Part shown: positions 9,268 through 18,083 of the stretch, in pieces
How the letters are laid out: every line of letters begins with the position of its first letter
Position numbering within the stretch: position 1 is the first letter of the stretch
Source of the DNA: a virus
IMG/VR virus record: IMGVR_UViG_3300021960_000054
Location: 8,047-72,046 of that record
Reading direction: 5' to 3' (one strand)
DNA length: 64,000 nt
Position numbers and translations under genes: made by a program
Notes under the pieces: generated by a model
The model's database searches: none
What the model was told of the DNA's origin: nothing
Seen by the model: the letters and a program-made list of their open reading frames with translations, nothing else

Positions 9268-9555
9268 ATGAATGCAAAATTAACCGCGGTGCTTAAAGCA
9301 CTTTCATCAATCGATAACCAGGAAGACTTGAACGTGATTGCTCAAGCATGGAAAAATCAAATGAACATCATTGCGAAATCTCGCAAGCGTACCGTTGCTA
9401 AAGGTATGACCATTGAATGGACCAATCGTGGGTTCACTCAAAAAGGAACTGTTCAAAAAGTTAACCGTACTACTGTTGATGTTATTGCTACGGGCGCAAC
9501 TCCGTTCGGTAAGACTGTCACTCGCGTTCCAATGTCGATGATAACTGCAGTTTAG
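9268..9555 (+). CDS. Hypothetical protein (SH3-like C-terminus)
   Basis: GAGGAG RBS; GTVQKVNRTTVDV...RVPMSMI. Confidence 0.7.
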   Translation: MNAKLTAVLKALSSIDNQEDLNVIAQAWKNQMNIIAKSRKRTVAKGMTIEWTNRGFTQKGTVQKVNRTTVDVIATGATPFGKTVTRVPMSMITAV

Positions 9556-9702
9556 GAGGAGGTTTTAATGTTACCTGATTAAAAGGTTTTATTTGTTTCT
9601 GAAAAGGGGACACCCTATATAGCATTCAGATAATGCAAAACCGTTGCCACTTCGGTAATAATAGTGGTAAAAGTAAAAAAAGTTATTTACCATAAAAAGT
9701 AC

Positions 9703-9731
9703 TTGACTTTAGTAACAACATATAGTATATT
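9703..9731 (+). promoter_or_regulatory. sigma70-type promoter
   Basis: TTGACT-N17-TATATT. Confidence 0.65.
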
Positions 9732-9771
9732 AAAAAACTTCGGAACTACTTAGACGCAACAGGAGATTACG

Positions 9772-9996
9772 ATGCGCTACTTGAAGAAACATGAGATGCG
9801 GATGGAAGACTTACCATCTTATAATTTTAAAGGGTTTGTATACGCACCCACTACACACGCTGGTCGTGTCTATCATACTGTCTATAGTAACTATAGATAT
9901 GTGACAGACTTATCAGGTCCCACCAATGCAGTATTTTCTAAAAAGGAATTTATCGATGTCATCCAAAAAGGATTTAACCGATTCCGTAATCGGTAG
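9772..9996 (+). CDS. Hypothetical protein
   Basis: AGGAG RBS. Confidence 0.65.
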   Translation: MRYLKKHEMRMEDLPSYNFKGFVYAPTTHAGRVYHTVYSNYRYVTDLSGPTNAVFSKKEFIDVIQKGFNRFRNR

Positions 9997-10267
9997 TCTA
10001 GTTTGCACTTCGGAGGATACGGAGGATGGCGGTGCCATCTTTCACTTCGATGGATCGGATTCAGATATGAATGAGATTATTAGAGTTGGTATGCTACAAG
10101 TAATTAAGCAGGACAAACTAGAAGTCGCTGACTATCTTGCTCCTAACTTTGATGACCTACCAGAAGAAGAACAAATCCAGAATTATTTCTTTGCATTCGC
10201 TGTAAAGGAAGGTCTGACAAATCTTCTTAAAGACACTGCCGATAAGCAACAGATGAAATTATTTTAA
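9956..10267 (+). CDS. Acidic hypothetical protein
   Basis: AAGGA RBS before MSSKKD. Confidence 0.6.
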   Translation: MSSKKDLTDSVIGSLVCTSEDTEDGGAIFHFDGSDSDMNEIIRVGMLQVIKQDKLEVADYLAPNFDDLPEEEQIQNYFFAFAVKEGLTNLLKDTADKQQMKLF

Positions 10268-10295
10268 CTTTTGCCAAAAAAGATGTGGATTTCCC

Positions 10296-10324
10296 TTGAC
10301 ATTTATCTAATAGTTCGATATAAT
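10296..10324 (+). promoter_or_regulatory. Early sigma70-type promoter
   Basis: TTGACA-N17-TATAAT, perfect consensus. Confidence 0.85.
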
Positions 10325-10359
10325 GTATATACAAGATGAGAAATGAGAGAGATTATATT

Positions 10360-10698
10360 ATGAAACAAGTTACTGAAACACACATTACTGATTACATTGA
10401 CTTCATCATGGATGACTATGTTGACTGGTGCGGTCAAGCAAAAATCGGTTCTGACCAAATGAAAGAAACTAAGTTCTTTGCAGAAGAAGGTCGCAACTAC
10501 ATTAAGATTGTTCACGCTAAGGTGGGCGGTCAACAAAGCGTTCATTCTTTTATTGTAAAGAAAGCAACTAAGAAGTTCGTTGAAGGTGATGTACTCATGG
10601 CGGCGTCATGGAAAGCACCAGCAACAAACTTTGCGAGAGCGACAGTCTTTGATGCTGAAAGTCTCAAAGGTCGTGTTCGTTGGTCTGGCGTTTGTTAA
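10360..10698 (+). CDS. Conserved early protein of T4-like marine phages
   Basis: GRNYIKIV...SVHSFIVK...GDVLMAASWKAPA motif. Confidence 0.75.
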   Translation: MKQVTETHITDYIDFIMDDYVDWCGQAKIGSDQMKETKFFAEEGRNYIKIVHAKVGGQQSVHSFIVKKATKKFVEGDVLMAASWKAPATNFARATVFDAESLKGRVRWSGVC

Positions 10699-10719
10699 TT
10701 AACTATTGGAGATTATATT

Positions 10720-11019
10720 ATGAAAAAAGTTGCAGTTATTCACACCGCATTTGAAAAGACACCTCGCACAGTTGCATTTGTTGAGGTTGAAGATACCGTA
10801 ACAGTTGATGATGCACTTGAGTATGCATATCGTTGGACACAGAATATCATGGATAGTTGGTCTAAGAAAGGTCCCTGTGACGGCAATGAATTCGTTACCG
10901 TTGTTGGAGACATGTCTGATGGTTATGGACTACGTTCTACTTCGGTTGGTGACCAGATATTAGTTGGCACTAAGAAGTACACTGTAGCACCTGTGGGGTT
11001 TGAGGAAATGGTAACATGA
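10720..11019 (+). CDS. Hypothetical protein
   Basis: GLRSTSVGD motif; GGAG RBS. Confidence 0.7.
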   Translation: MKKVAVIHTAFEKTPRTVAFVEVEDTVTVDDALEYAYRWTQNIMDSWSKKGPCDGNEFVTVVGDMSDGYGLRSTSVGDQILVGTKKYTVAPVGFEEMVT

Positions 11020-11219
11020 TGACACTTGATGAACTAGATGAATTTTTGCTTGAACTTGAAACTGACGTTGAAAAGAAAATTGAATGGACACTAACTAATC
11101 ATGTATCACTTGCAGAAGCAAAGAAATACACCGGTGGCATTCAATTATCAATCAACGGTCTGAAAGAAAAGGTCAAAGAACTAAAATTAATTGAAGCATT
11201 CAATGATGAAACCGTCTAA
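11016..11219 (+). CDS. Hypothetical protein
   Basis: ATGA overlap with the previous gene; GAGG RBS. Confidence 0.6.
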   Translation: MMTLDELDEFLLELETDVEKKIEWTLTNHVSLAEAKKYTGGIQLSINGLKEKVKELKLIEAFNDETV

Positions 11220-11268
11220 GTGTATGATTATTAATAGAAACTATTTTTCATTATTGCCCAAAAAACAC

Positions 11269-11297
11269 TTGACAAAGCACTTATAATAGGGTATAAT
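11269..11297 (+). promoter_or_regulatory. Early sigma70-type promoter
   Basis: TTGACA-N17-TATAAT. Confidence 0.85.
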
Positions 11298-11330
11298 GTA
11301 TACATGATGATGAGAAATGAGGTAGAAAAT

Positions 11331-11660
11331 ATGAAGAAAGTTTTAATGATTGCCGCTCTTGCGTTAACAGCAACAACTGCGAATGCTACTGACCTCAGTC
11401 AGTGGAAGATTCCAGCGAACAGTGTTCTTAATGATAGCGTTAATGCAGTAGGTGCGCCTTTGTGGTTAGAGCATCTTGCAAACGGTATTGATGTTCGAAA
11501 TGTTCTTGGCGCAGTAGTCGGTACTGTGATTGATCCTCGCGGATATCCAGACAGTGCTTACCCTGGCGGAAAGCGTCCTAATCTTAATGTTCAACTTGGT
11601 AATATGAAAACAGGAAAATGTTACAGCGATCCAAAAGGCAATGGCATCTGGTGTCCCTAA
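11331..11660 (+). CDS. Exported protein (signal peptide)
   Basis: MKKVLMIAALALTATTANA signal peptide. Confidence 0.75.
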   Translation: MKKVLMIAALALTATTANATDLSQWKIPANSVLNDSVNAVGAPLWLEHLANGIDVRNVLGAVVGTVIDPRGYPDSAYPGGKRPNLNVQLGNMKTGKCYSDPKGNGIWCP

Positions 11661-11785
11661 TAGGGATATCATTATTGATGAGTGCTTGTACTACAACAGA
11701 ACTTGCAATTGACATGTATCAGAGTTGTAAGTATAGAGATAAATGTCCAGTTGAATTAGTAGGAGATTGGTTAAATGGTAAGTAG
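11618..11785 (+). CDS. Small lipoprotein
   Basis: Manually translated MLQRSKRQWHLVSLIGISLLMSA-CTTTELAIDMYQSCKYRDKCPVELVGDWLNGK; AGGA RBS. Confidence 0.55.
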   Translation: MLQRSKRQWHLVSLIGISLLMSACTTTELAIDMYQSCKYRDKCPVELVGDWLNGK

Positions 11786-12383
11786 AACTTTAGCAATACT
11801 TGCATTAACTAGTAGCACGGCACTAGCGAATTCCCCATGTGATTATGACCAGACAGTAGAAACGAACTGGTCACACACAATTGAAAAAACTTCTAACATT
11901 GATAAGAAAGTATTTCCTTATGTTGACGATACTCGCAAATGTGTAATGAAGTTTGATGTTACAATCAATGGTACTGTACATCCAACTTCAGGTAGTTATG
12001 TGTTCGGTCCTGATGCGACAGAGAACTACGCATGTGAGCAAGCAACAATCAAAGGTAAGAAAAGTATCATCGGTAAAGTCTCTCCAGAAATACTTACTGC
12101 AAAGACAGAGATGAACTGTGGCGTAAAGAATAAACCACAAGAAGTTGCTAATGTGCAAATAGCAAAACAATTACCTACACATGAACCAGCACCGAGAGTT
12201 ACTTCGGAAGTGGTTCGTAGGGAAGTTAGAGTTGTCAATCAACCTCAAGTTATTGAGCGTAGAATTATTGTGCAACCAAATGTAGTCTATACCAGAAGCG
12301 GTAGCAGTTATGTTTCGCATAATCCAGTTGATAATGCTATCAGAGGTGTGGTTAACTTAGTATTAGGAAATGGAGCATATTAA
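11775..12383 (+). CDS. Exported Cys-containing protein
   Basis: MVSRTLAILALTSSTALA signal peptide. Confidence 0.7.
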   Translation: MVSRTLAILALTSSTALANSPCDYDQTVETNWSHTIEKTSNIDKKVFPYVDDTRKCVMKFDVTINGTVHPTSGSYVFGPDATENYACEQATIKGKKSIIGKVSPEILTAKTEMNCGVKNKPQEVANVQIAKQLPTHEPAPRVTSEVVRREVRVVNQPQVIERRIIVQPNVVYTRSGSSYVSHNPVDNAIRGVVNLVLGNGAY

Positions 12384-12385
12384 TT

Positions 12386-12529
12386 ATGAAATATGTGATT
12401 GGATTTTTAATTGGTGCTGTTGTAATTTACAACTACCCAGACTTGATTGCAAACATGGACCCTATGGGATGGTTTGTAGATAGTGGTCTTCGTGACCGCG
12501 CTGTTGATGTACTAGAAGGAGTGAAATAG
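12386..12529 (+). CDS. Small membrane protein
   Basis: Manually translated MKYVIGFLIGAVVIYNYPDLIANMDPMGWFVDSGLRDRAVDVLEGVK; GGAG RBS. Confidence 0.6.
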   Translation: MKYVIGFLIGAVVIYNYPDLIANMDPMGWFVDSGLRDRAVDVLEGVK

Positions 12530-13191
12530 TGAAACAGTATAATATGATGATTATGGGTGCGGCGTGTCTTTCGATGGCGGCGTGTAGTTCAACTAACGTA
12601 GCGACAAAGAACACTGCACCTCCAGGTACAGTTGACGTTGCGTCATACGAATATAAAGCGAGTGCGGTGAAAGACAATGTTGCAGTAATTCCTAAATGGT
12701 TTACTGAGTTGCCATCAAACGATAAAGCAATCTATGCTGTCGGCACATCAGTAACGCCTGACTTACAATTGTCTGTAGACATGGCAGTACTGAATGCAAA
12801 GACAACTCTTGCTGACCGTATCAATGGACGTGTTCGCAGTCAGACAAAGAACTTTATCTCAAAGATTGGTTCTGATGAAACTGACACTGCAATCTTGTCT
12901 GAACTTGAAAAGACAACTTCTAATCTTGTAGCAGATGTAGATGTTGCTGGATACAAAGTATCAGAAAGTAAGATTGTATCAAGCGGTACACAGTATCGTG
13001 CATTCGTTCTACTAGAGTATTCTGATTTGCAAGCAAGTAAAATTCTGATGAACCGTCTGCGTAAAGACCGTATGTTGTTGTCAAAGATTTCTTCAACGAA
13101 TGCGTTTAAAGAACTTGATGATAAAGTCAATGATGCAAATGCACAAGTGACTGCAGAGAATGAAGCAGTCGTAAAGGTGCTTACACAATGA
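12529..13191 (+). CDS. LPP20-like lipoprotein
   Basis: Lipobox MAAC; IPKWF...IYAVGTS...AVLNAKTTLADRI. Confidence 0.75.
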   Translation: MKQYNMMIMGAACLSMAACSSTNVATKNTAPPGTVDVASYEYKASAVKDNVAVIPKWFTELPSNDKAIYAVGTSVTPDLQLSVDMAVLNAKTTLADRINGRVRSQTKNFISKIGSDETDTAILSELEKTTSNLVADVDVAGYKVSESKIVSSGTQYRAFVLLEYSDLQASKILMNRLRKDRMLLSKISSTNAFKELDDKVNDANAQVTAENEAVVKVLTQ

Positions 13192-13409
13192 GCAATCAAC
13201 GACTAGCAAAGTTGCAACGCAAAGCAACATTCAATGACAGCGGTTCCATGTTGCGTCAAGTTATCAACTTCGCCAAAGAAGCAGAAGAACTGCTAGAGAA
13301 GCAAGGTGAAGAAGATGCCGCATTCTACTTTGGTCAATTGAAAGATTGGTTGATTGACCATCCGACTAAAGCGTTCAGCGAGAAGACCCACAAAATTCTA
13401 GGGTTGTAA
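13188..13409 (+). CDS. Hypothetical protein
   Basis: ATGA overlap with the previous gene. Confidence 0.65.
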   Translation: MSNQRLAKLQRKATFNDSGSMLRQVINFAKEAEELLEKQGEEDAAFYFGQLKDWLIDHPTKAFSEKTHKILGL

Positions 13410-13413
13410 GTTT

Positions 13414-13500
13414 GCGCCCGTGGCGGAATAGGTAGACGCAACGGACTTAAAATCCGTTATCGATTACGGTGTGTGGGTTCGAGTCCCTCCGGGCGCACCA
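13414..13500 (+). tRNA. tRNA-Leu (UAA)
   Basis: GCGCCCG/CGGGCGC acceptor stem, ACGGA-CT TAA AA-TCCGT anticodon arm, long variable arm, GTTCGAG, encoded CCA. Confidence 0.95.
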
Positions 13501-13525
13501 AATATATATTACAAGGAGATGATAA

Positions 13526-13741
13526 ATGTTACACAAGATATCTGATTTATGTGATAGAATTGATGCCATAAAGTTTCAAGCGGATAGATTGCGAGAAGCA
13601 AAATATGGTCCAAACAAAAGAGACGGCGCAGAAGTACAAGCACTCATTGATGATATTCAAGCGATGTGTTATACTGTTGCGAATGACAAATCGAAATACC
13701 AGAGAGTGTCTTACTTAGAAGGTGGACAGTTTCAAGAGTAA
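13526..13741 (+). CDS. Hypothetical protein
   Basis: AAGGAG RBS; lies between tRNA genes. Confidence 0.65.
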   Translation: MLHKISDLCDRIDAIKFQADRLREAKYGPNKRDGAEVQALIDDIQAMCYTVANDKSKYQRVSYLEGGQFQE

Positions 13742-13747
13742 AAGTAT

Positions 13748-13824
13748 CTGCCCGTAGTTCAGTTGGATAGAACAACGGATTTCTAATCCGTAGGCCGTGG
13801 GTTCGAATCCTACCGGGCAGGCCA
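13748..13824 (+). tRNA. tRNA-Arg (UCU)
   Basis: CTGCCCG/CGGGCAG stem, ACGGA-TT TCT AA-TCCGT, GGTTCGAATCC, encoded CCA. Confidence 0.95.
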
Positions 13825-13828
13825 ATTT

Positions 13829-13902
13829 AGGGGAATGGTGTACTGGTATCACGGTAGTCTCCAAAACTACAGAATGAGGTTCGATTCCTTGTTCCCCTGC
13901 CA
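13829..13902 (+). tRNA. tRNA-Trp (CCA)
   Basis: AGGGGAA/TTCCCCT stem, GTAGT-CT CCA AA-ACTAC, GGTTCGATTCC, encoded CCA. Confidence 0.95.
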
Positions 13903-13920
13903 AATAGATGAGGACGTAAC

Positions 13921-14238
13921 ATGAGTAATGCATACGGAAAAACAAGGTTCGATTTAGAACATGCGTTGAATGATATTCGCACAACGGCAACGGACATTCA
14001 GACTGTTGCGGATATGATGTACGACAGTACTCTTATCTATAATGAAGACCGAACCCATACTGTTCTTAGTGGTCTAGCAGAAGTGTTAGAAGCAAAGTGT
14101 GAGAAAGCAGATATGATATTCAAAATGCTTTTTGAACTAGACGAATACAATCATCAGTATTACAAAGATGCTGATGGAACTTTGCGTTGGCGAGACACAG
14201 ACCAACCATTAGAGTCCCAACTGTGGGATAAAGTTTAA
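13921..14238 (+). CDS. Hypothetical protein
   Basis: GAGGA RBS; RFDLEH motif. Confidence 0.65.
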   Translation: MSNAYGKTRFDLEHALNDIRTTATDIQTVADMMYDSTLIYNEDRTHTVLSGLAEVLEAKCEKADMIFKMLFELDEYNHQYYKDADGTLRWRDTDQPLESQLWDKV

Positions 14239-14315
14239 CGGAGATTAGCGCAGTCTGGTAGCGCATCTGCTTTGGGAGCAGAGGGTCGTTGGTTCGAATC
14301 CAGCATCTCCGACCA
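14239..14315 (+). tRNA. tRNA-Pro (UGG)
   Basis: CGGAGAT/ATCTCCG stem, TCTGC-TT TGG GA-GCAGA, GGTTCGAATCC, encoded CCA. Confidence 0.95.
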
Positions 14316-14334
14316 ATATTGAAAAGGAATTAAT

Positions 14335-14472
14335 ATGTCACAATGGCATGGTGGTAAAGGTTCAGGTCGTAGAAAACAAACAGATGACAAATCATATTCT
14401 GAAAACTACGACCGTATATTCGGAAAGAAAAAGAAACCTAATCCCAATGATAAAAGGAAAGTGAAGGAGTGA
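14335..14472 (+). CDS. Small basic conserved phage peptide
   Basis: Manually translated MSQWHGGKGSGRRKQTDDKSYSENYDRIFGKKKK...; AAGGA RBS. Confidence 0.65.
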   Translation: MSQWHGGKGSGRRKQTDDKSYSENYDRIFGKKKKPNPNDKRKVKE

Positions 14473-14473
14473 T

Positions 14474-15055
14474 ATGAAAGAAGTAAACATACAACATGCG
14501 TTTGCAGACTTCTTCGTGCATGAAGAAATTTTTATTAACAATGACGATATCTGTAAATTCATCTACAAGCAAAAAGAAAAGAGTGAAGGTCCTAGTATCT
14601 GGTTTGATGGAACAGAACCTGAACTGGCACAGTTCTATGGTGTTGTGCAAACATATCTAGATGCAATGCATACTAAGTTATCTTTGTATCCTAAACTAAA
14701 GCAAAGACTATTTCAAGCATGGGCAAACATCAATATGAATGAATTTATTTCTGTTCCTCATAGTCACAGTGAAAGAGCATATGCAGTTATCTCTGGAGTA
14801 TATTATCCAAAGGCAGATGAGAACTGTCATCCAATTGAGTTTGCATCTAACAATCGTTCAGTTGAGCATGTGATTTTTCCTGAGGTTGTAGATAAAGAGA
14901 ATGAATTCAATTGCGGTCACAAACGCATTGTACCTAAGACCGGAACTCTTTTGTTATTTCCTTCTTGGTTAATACACTATGTTGTACCGGCGGGTACTGC
15001 AACAGAAGATAGAATTTCATTAGCATTCAATGCTGACATGGTACCTAAAGATTGA
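14474..15055 (+). CDS. 2OG-Fe(II) oxygenase (TIGR02466-like)
   Basis: AWANIN...HSH...ISGVYY...LFPSWLIHYV...RISLAFN. Confidence 0.88.
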   Translation: MKEVNIQHAFADFFVHEEIFINNDDICKFIYKQKEKSEGPSIWFDGTEPELAQFYGVVQTYLDAMHTKLSLYPKLKQRLFQAWANINMNEFISVPHSHSERAYAVISGVYYPKADENCHPIEFASNNRSVEHVIFPEVVDKENEFNCGHKRIVPKTGTLLLFPSWLIHYVVPAGTATEDRISLAFNADMVPKD

Positions 15056-15056
15056 T

Positions 15057-15731
15057 ATGAACATAGAATTCAAATCATTAGACAAAGATAATTTATATCC
15101 TCCTGTGCCTGCGACACAAGTTATTCCGGAGAGATTTAAAAAGATACCGAATACAAATACAGAATATGATTTAATGACTGTGAAGAATTGTATGCCTATG
15201 ATAGAACATCTATCCAATGGTTATGCAATCAGACTGAGACATAGTATCGACATAAAGCAAAAGTTTCAACCTTATGCAGAAGGGTTCGATGAGCGAAATA
15301 CATTTACTGTTGGTCAAGTAGGATTAGGTAATCATCCTCATGAGCAATTACCTATAACTATAAACGGTAAGAGAAATGATTATATAAAACTTCCTAATCT
15401 ATGGACTATCAAAACTCCAGATGGATACTCTTCTATGTTCTATTCTGTTTTTGGTGAAGAGAGATTTAAAATATTCAGTGGTGTTGTTGCCACAGACAAG
15501 TATACTCTTCCTGTATTGTTTCCTGGAGTTATTACAACCACAGAAGATTTTACAATTGAAGCAGGGACAGCAATTGCTATTGTATTTCCTTTCAAGAGAG
15601 ATAGTTGGACATCAACCACTACTGAATGGAGTGTCGATAATAAGATACAAGAGATGGAAGATATGAGAACCTTTAATGAAAATGCACATCATTATAAAAA
15701 TTCAGTGCATGTAAAAAGTAAATTTAATTAA
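15057..15731 (+). CDS. Conserved phage protein (paralog of 2063-3076)
   Basis: PVPATQVIPERFKKIP...TVKNCMPM...GY...WTIKTPDGYS...GVVATD...PFKRDSW. Confidence 0.6.
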   Translation: MNIEFKSLDKDNLYPPVPATQVIPERFKKIPNTNTEYDLMTVKNCMPMIEHLSNGYAIRLRHSIDIKQKFQPYAEGFDERNTFTVGQVGLGNHPHEQLPITINGKRNDYIKLPNLWTIKTPDGYSSMFYSVFGEERFKIFSGVVATDKYTLPVLFPGVITTTEDFTIEAGTAIAIVFPFKRDSWTSTTTEWSVDNKIQEMEDMRTFNENAHHYKNSVHVKSKFN

Positions 15732-15751
15732 AAAAAATTACAAGTCATTGA

Positions 15752-15780
15752 AATGCAACGATAAAAAGTTGCATTTTTTT
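15752..15780 (+). terminator. Rho-independent terminator
   Basis: AATGCAAC-N-GTTGCATT followed by a T run. Confidence 0.6.
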
Positions 15781-15791
15781 GTGGATTTCTC

Positions 15792-15820
15792 TTGACATTA
15801 GTGTAAAAGTAGGGTATATT
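15792..15820 (+). promoter_or_regulatory. Early sigma70-type promoter
   Basis: GTGGATTTCTC-TTGACA-N17-TATATT. Confidence 0.8.
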
Positions 15821-15857
15821 ATATAAGTAAGATGAGTTGAAAGAGAGAGAAAAAAAA

Positions 15858-16118
15858 ATGATGTTTATTGATGCTGTTGAAAACAAAATGATTGCTGTTT
15901 ACAAAGACGTTGGTGAGTGTGTCGGTCACGCTAAGACCGCTAAGATGCTGAAATACATTCTTCAAACTCACAAGATTGAGAACGAGACTTTCTACTACGG
16001 AAGCACTATGGACTTCGCTGATGAAGTAGGGTTCGCCCACTACGATGATGCTAAGAAGATTGTTGATGAGTGTTTCGATATGATTAAATGTGAAATGGTT
16101 GCTGAGGAGTTAGCATAA
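15858..16118 (+). CDS. Early hypothetical protein
   Basis: First gene after the promoter; GSTMDFADEVGF. Confidence 0.65.
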   Translation: MMFIDAVENKMIAVYKDVGECVGHAKTAKMLKYILQTHKIENETFYYGSTMDFADEVGFAHYDDAKKIVDECFDMIKCEMVAEELA

Positions 16119-16336
16119 TGCAGATTTTAGAAATCAAAGAAATTGTTGCTGAAGAAGTTAATGATATGTTCCGTGATATGATTGAGACTGGTCAAGGCAT
16201 CGGTAGCAGTGATATTACTGCTTGTATGAATGCTTGTGTTCCTGCGGTGAATGGTCGCTTCGATATTGACCTTCCTTTGTTGTGTCACTTGATACATGAT
16301 GCAATCGGTAAGTTAGAAGAAGAGGTAATGGCATAA
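16118..16336 (+). CDS. Early hypothetical protein (acidic)
   Basis: TAATG coupling; GAGGAG RBS. Confidence 0.65.
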   Translation: MQILEIKEIVAEEVNDMFRDMIETGQGIGSSDITACMNACVPAVNGRFDIDLPLLCHLIHDAIGKLEEEVMA

Positions 16337-16545
16337 TGATTGATTGTTTTGTAAATGGCAGTGTGAAGTTGTCGAAAGGAACTACCTTGAAAGAATTCAT
16401 GGAGTTCATGTGGGACTTGAAAAGTTTTGATGGTCTTAATGTTGTTGACAAGTGGGTAGGGTTTGGCGCACTGCCAGATATCAAACTTGTTCTAGAGAAT
16501 GGTCATCAGATTAGTTGTAAGCGATTATGGCAAGAGAGAGTGTAA
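16336..16545 (+). CDS. Early hypothetical protein
   Basis: TAATG coupling; GAGG RBS. Confidence 0.6.
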   Translation: MIDCFVNGSVKLSKGTTLKEFMEFMWDLKSFDGLNVVDKWVGFGALPDIKLVLENGHQISCKRLWQERV

Positions 16546-16790
16546 TGAATCCTATGAGAGATTTTGTTGTTGGTGAGTGGGTAGTACTGAAAGGTATTTC
16601 TCGCCACGGCAAGCAACGCATTGACCAACACGGTAAAGAGTGGGAAGTTCGTGATGTAGGAACATTCAACGGCATTCGCTGTATCAGTGTTCTAAGTGAA
16701 AGTAAGACTTTCAAACTGGCGCCAGGACATAAAATACGCGACATGCGTTGGATACATATTAAAGATGATCCAAACTTTGAGGTGATTTAA
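16545..16790 (+). CDS. Early hypothetical protein
   Basis: LKGISRHGKQRIDQHG...RWIHIKDDPNFEV. Confidence 0.65.
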   Translation: MNPMRDFVVGEWVVLKGISRHGKQRIDQHGKEWEVRDVGTFNGIRCISVLSESKTFKLAPGHKIRDMRWIHIKDDPNFEVI

Positions 16791-16791
16791 A

Positions 16792-17094
16792 ATGATTAGT
16801 TATACAAAAGAATTTAATGATATAAAGTTCACACCATTCTTAGATGGTGTGCAAGCACTTATTGACTATGGTGCATATGAACTATCTGTTGTTAGACATT
16901 CTAGTTCATACGGTAGTGACAAAGGACTCTACGAGATTGGTGTCTTTGATAAACTAGCAGGTATGGTTTCTCTTCCTGGTATCACTCTTGCCGAAGATAC
17001 TATCAAAGGATACTTGACAGAAGAAGATGTTTCTGCTATAATGAAGAAAATGGAGACACTAACAACTAATGAAGGAGTGCAAATTGCAATCTAA
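16792..17094 (+). CDS. Early hypothetical protein
   Basis: YELSVVRHSSSYG...GLYEIGV...IKGYLT motif. Confidence 0.7.
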   Translation: MISYTKEFNDIKFTPFLDGVQALIDYGAYELSVVRHSSSYGSDKGLYEIGVFDKLAGMVSLPGITLAEDTIKGYLTEEDVSAIMKKMETLTTNEGVQIAI

Positions 17095-17338
17095 ATATGT
17101 TTTGATGATTGATCCCACACCAAGAGGTTGGGCATACGGGTTTCCGAAAGCATTACCACAACATGCGGTTGGTGGTTCCGGTACAGACTTATTCGTGTTA
17201 GAAAGTTTTAATCTAACAATGTGGGTTACCGCTCATGGGTATCCAAAAAACCAGTTTCAGCATTATCGTTTGTTTGTACAAGAAGTTGATGATATTGATG
17301 AACAGTACAAAGCAACTGGAACTTATTTAAGAGAGTGA
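17069..17338 (+). CDS. Early hypothetical protein
   Basis: MIDPTPRGWAYGFPKALP; start uncertain. Confidence 0.6.
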   Translation: MKECKLQSKYVLMIDPTPRGWAYGFPKALPQHAVGGSGTDLFVLESFNLTMWVTAHGYPKNQFQHYRLFVQEVDDIDEQYKATGTYLRE

Positions 17339-17344
17339 TGAACA

Positions 17345-17614
17345 ATGGTTTGGATTAAAAAGTATCACAACGACAAGCGCGATTACATTATTAAAACTCA
17401 TGAGATTGAGATTCCAAATACTGTGATTGAAGAGAAAGCACCTGAGTATGATTTGCATAAGAAGTATGAAGTTGTACTCATGCAAGACCAAAACGAACTG
17501 ACAGGTCAAGTCTCATACTTCTGGTTCGAAGAACAGAAGCAAAAAGTAATCTCACCGAGATTTAATAATCAACAAATAGCAATGCATTGGATGAAAGAAA
17601 ATGATAGACAATAG
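17345..17614 (+). CDS. Hypothetical protein
   Basis: ORF within a tightly packed operon. Confidence 0.55.
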   Translation: MVWIKKYHNDKRDYIIKTHEIEIPNTVIEEKAPEYDLHKKYEVVLMQDQNELTGQVSYFWFEEQKQKVISPRFNNQQIAMHWMKENDRQ

Positions 17615-17885
17615 ACCACGCGGTATTCCGTCTTCAGCAAAGAAGCATATGAATAAAGCATTCGAAGAGATTGAACAATACGCAGTTAACTATACAGACA
17701 CAGAGCATCTTATTGCTCAACTTCTCATTCGTATGGGTGATTGGTTTGAAGATCCCGATCCGTATTACGATGAATGGTTCGCACAAGCAAATCAAGAAAG
17801 TCTTGAGATGATGTTCAATGCAATGCAGAGATGTAATCGTGACAACTTCTCATCAAGAGCAAAGTCTCATGCCTCTGTCGATTGA
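17601..17885 (+). CDS. Hypothetical protein
   Basis: ORF within a tightly packed operon. Confidence 0.55.
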   Translation: MIDNRPRGIPSSAKKHMNKAFEEIEQYAVNYTDTEHLIAQLLIRMGDWFEDPDPYYDEWFAQANQESLEMMFNAMQRCNRDNFSSRAKSHASVD

Positions 17886-18072
17886 TATCAAAGAACGCTT
17901 GTTTAGACAAGTCGTATCTTGTGTTCATAACGATGAGCAATATCATTATGTTTGCCCACGCTGTAGTTCATGGGAATACAAAACAGAACTCATTTCAGAG
18001 TTTACTTGTATTCAATGTGAGTTCGTGACGCAAGACATACATTACACAAAACTCTTGTCTTCAAAACGCTAA
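17869..18072 (+). CDS. Zinc-ribbon protein
   Basis: CPRC...CIQC. Confidence 0.55.
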   Translation: MPLSIDIKERLFRQVVSCVHNDEQYHYVCPRCSSWEYKTELISEFTCIQCEFVTQDIHYTKLLSSKR

Positions 18073-18083
18073 AGGAAAAAACT

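Noticed and set aside
13829-13902. Suppressor tRNA or stop-codon recoding
   Set aside because: The anticodon is ordinary CCA (Trp); TAA, TAG and TGA all end well-conserved genes.
13715-13990. Minus-strand ORF over the tRNA cluster
   Set aside because: It is the reverse complement of tRNA-Arg and tRNA-Trp.
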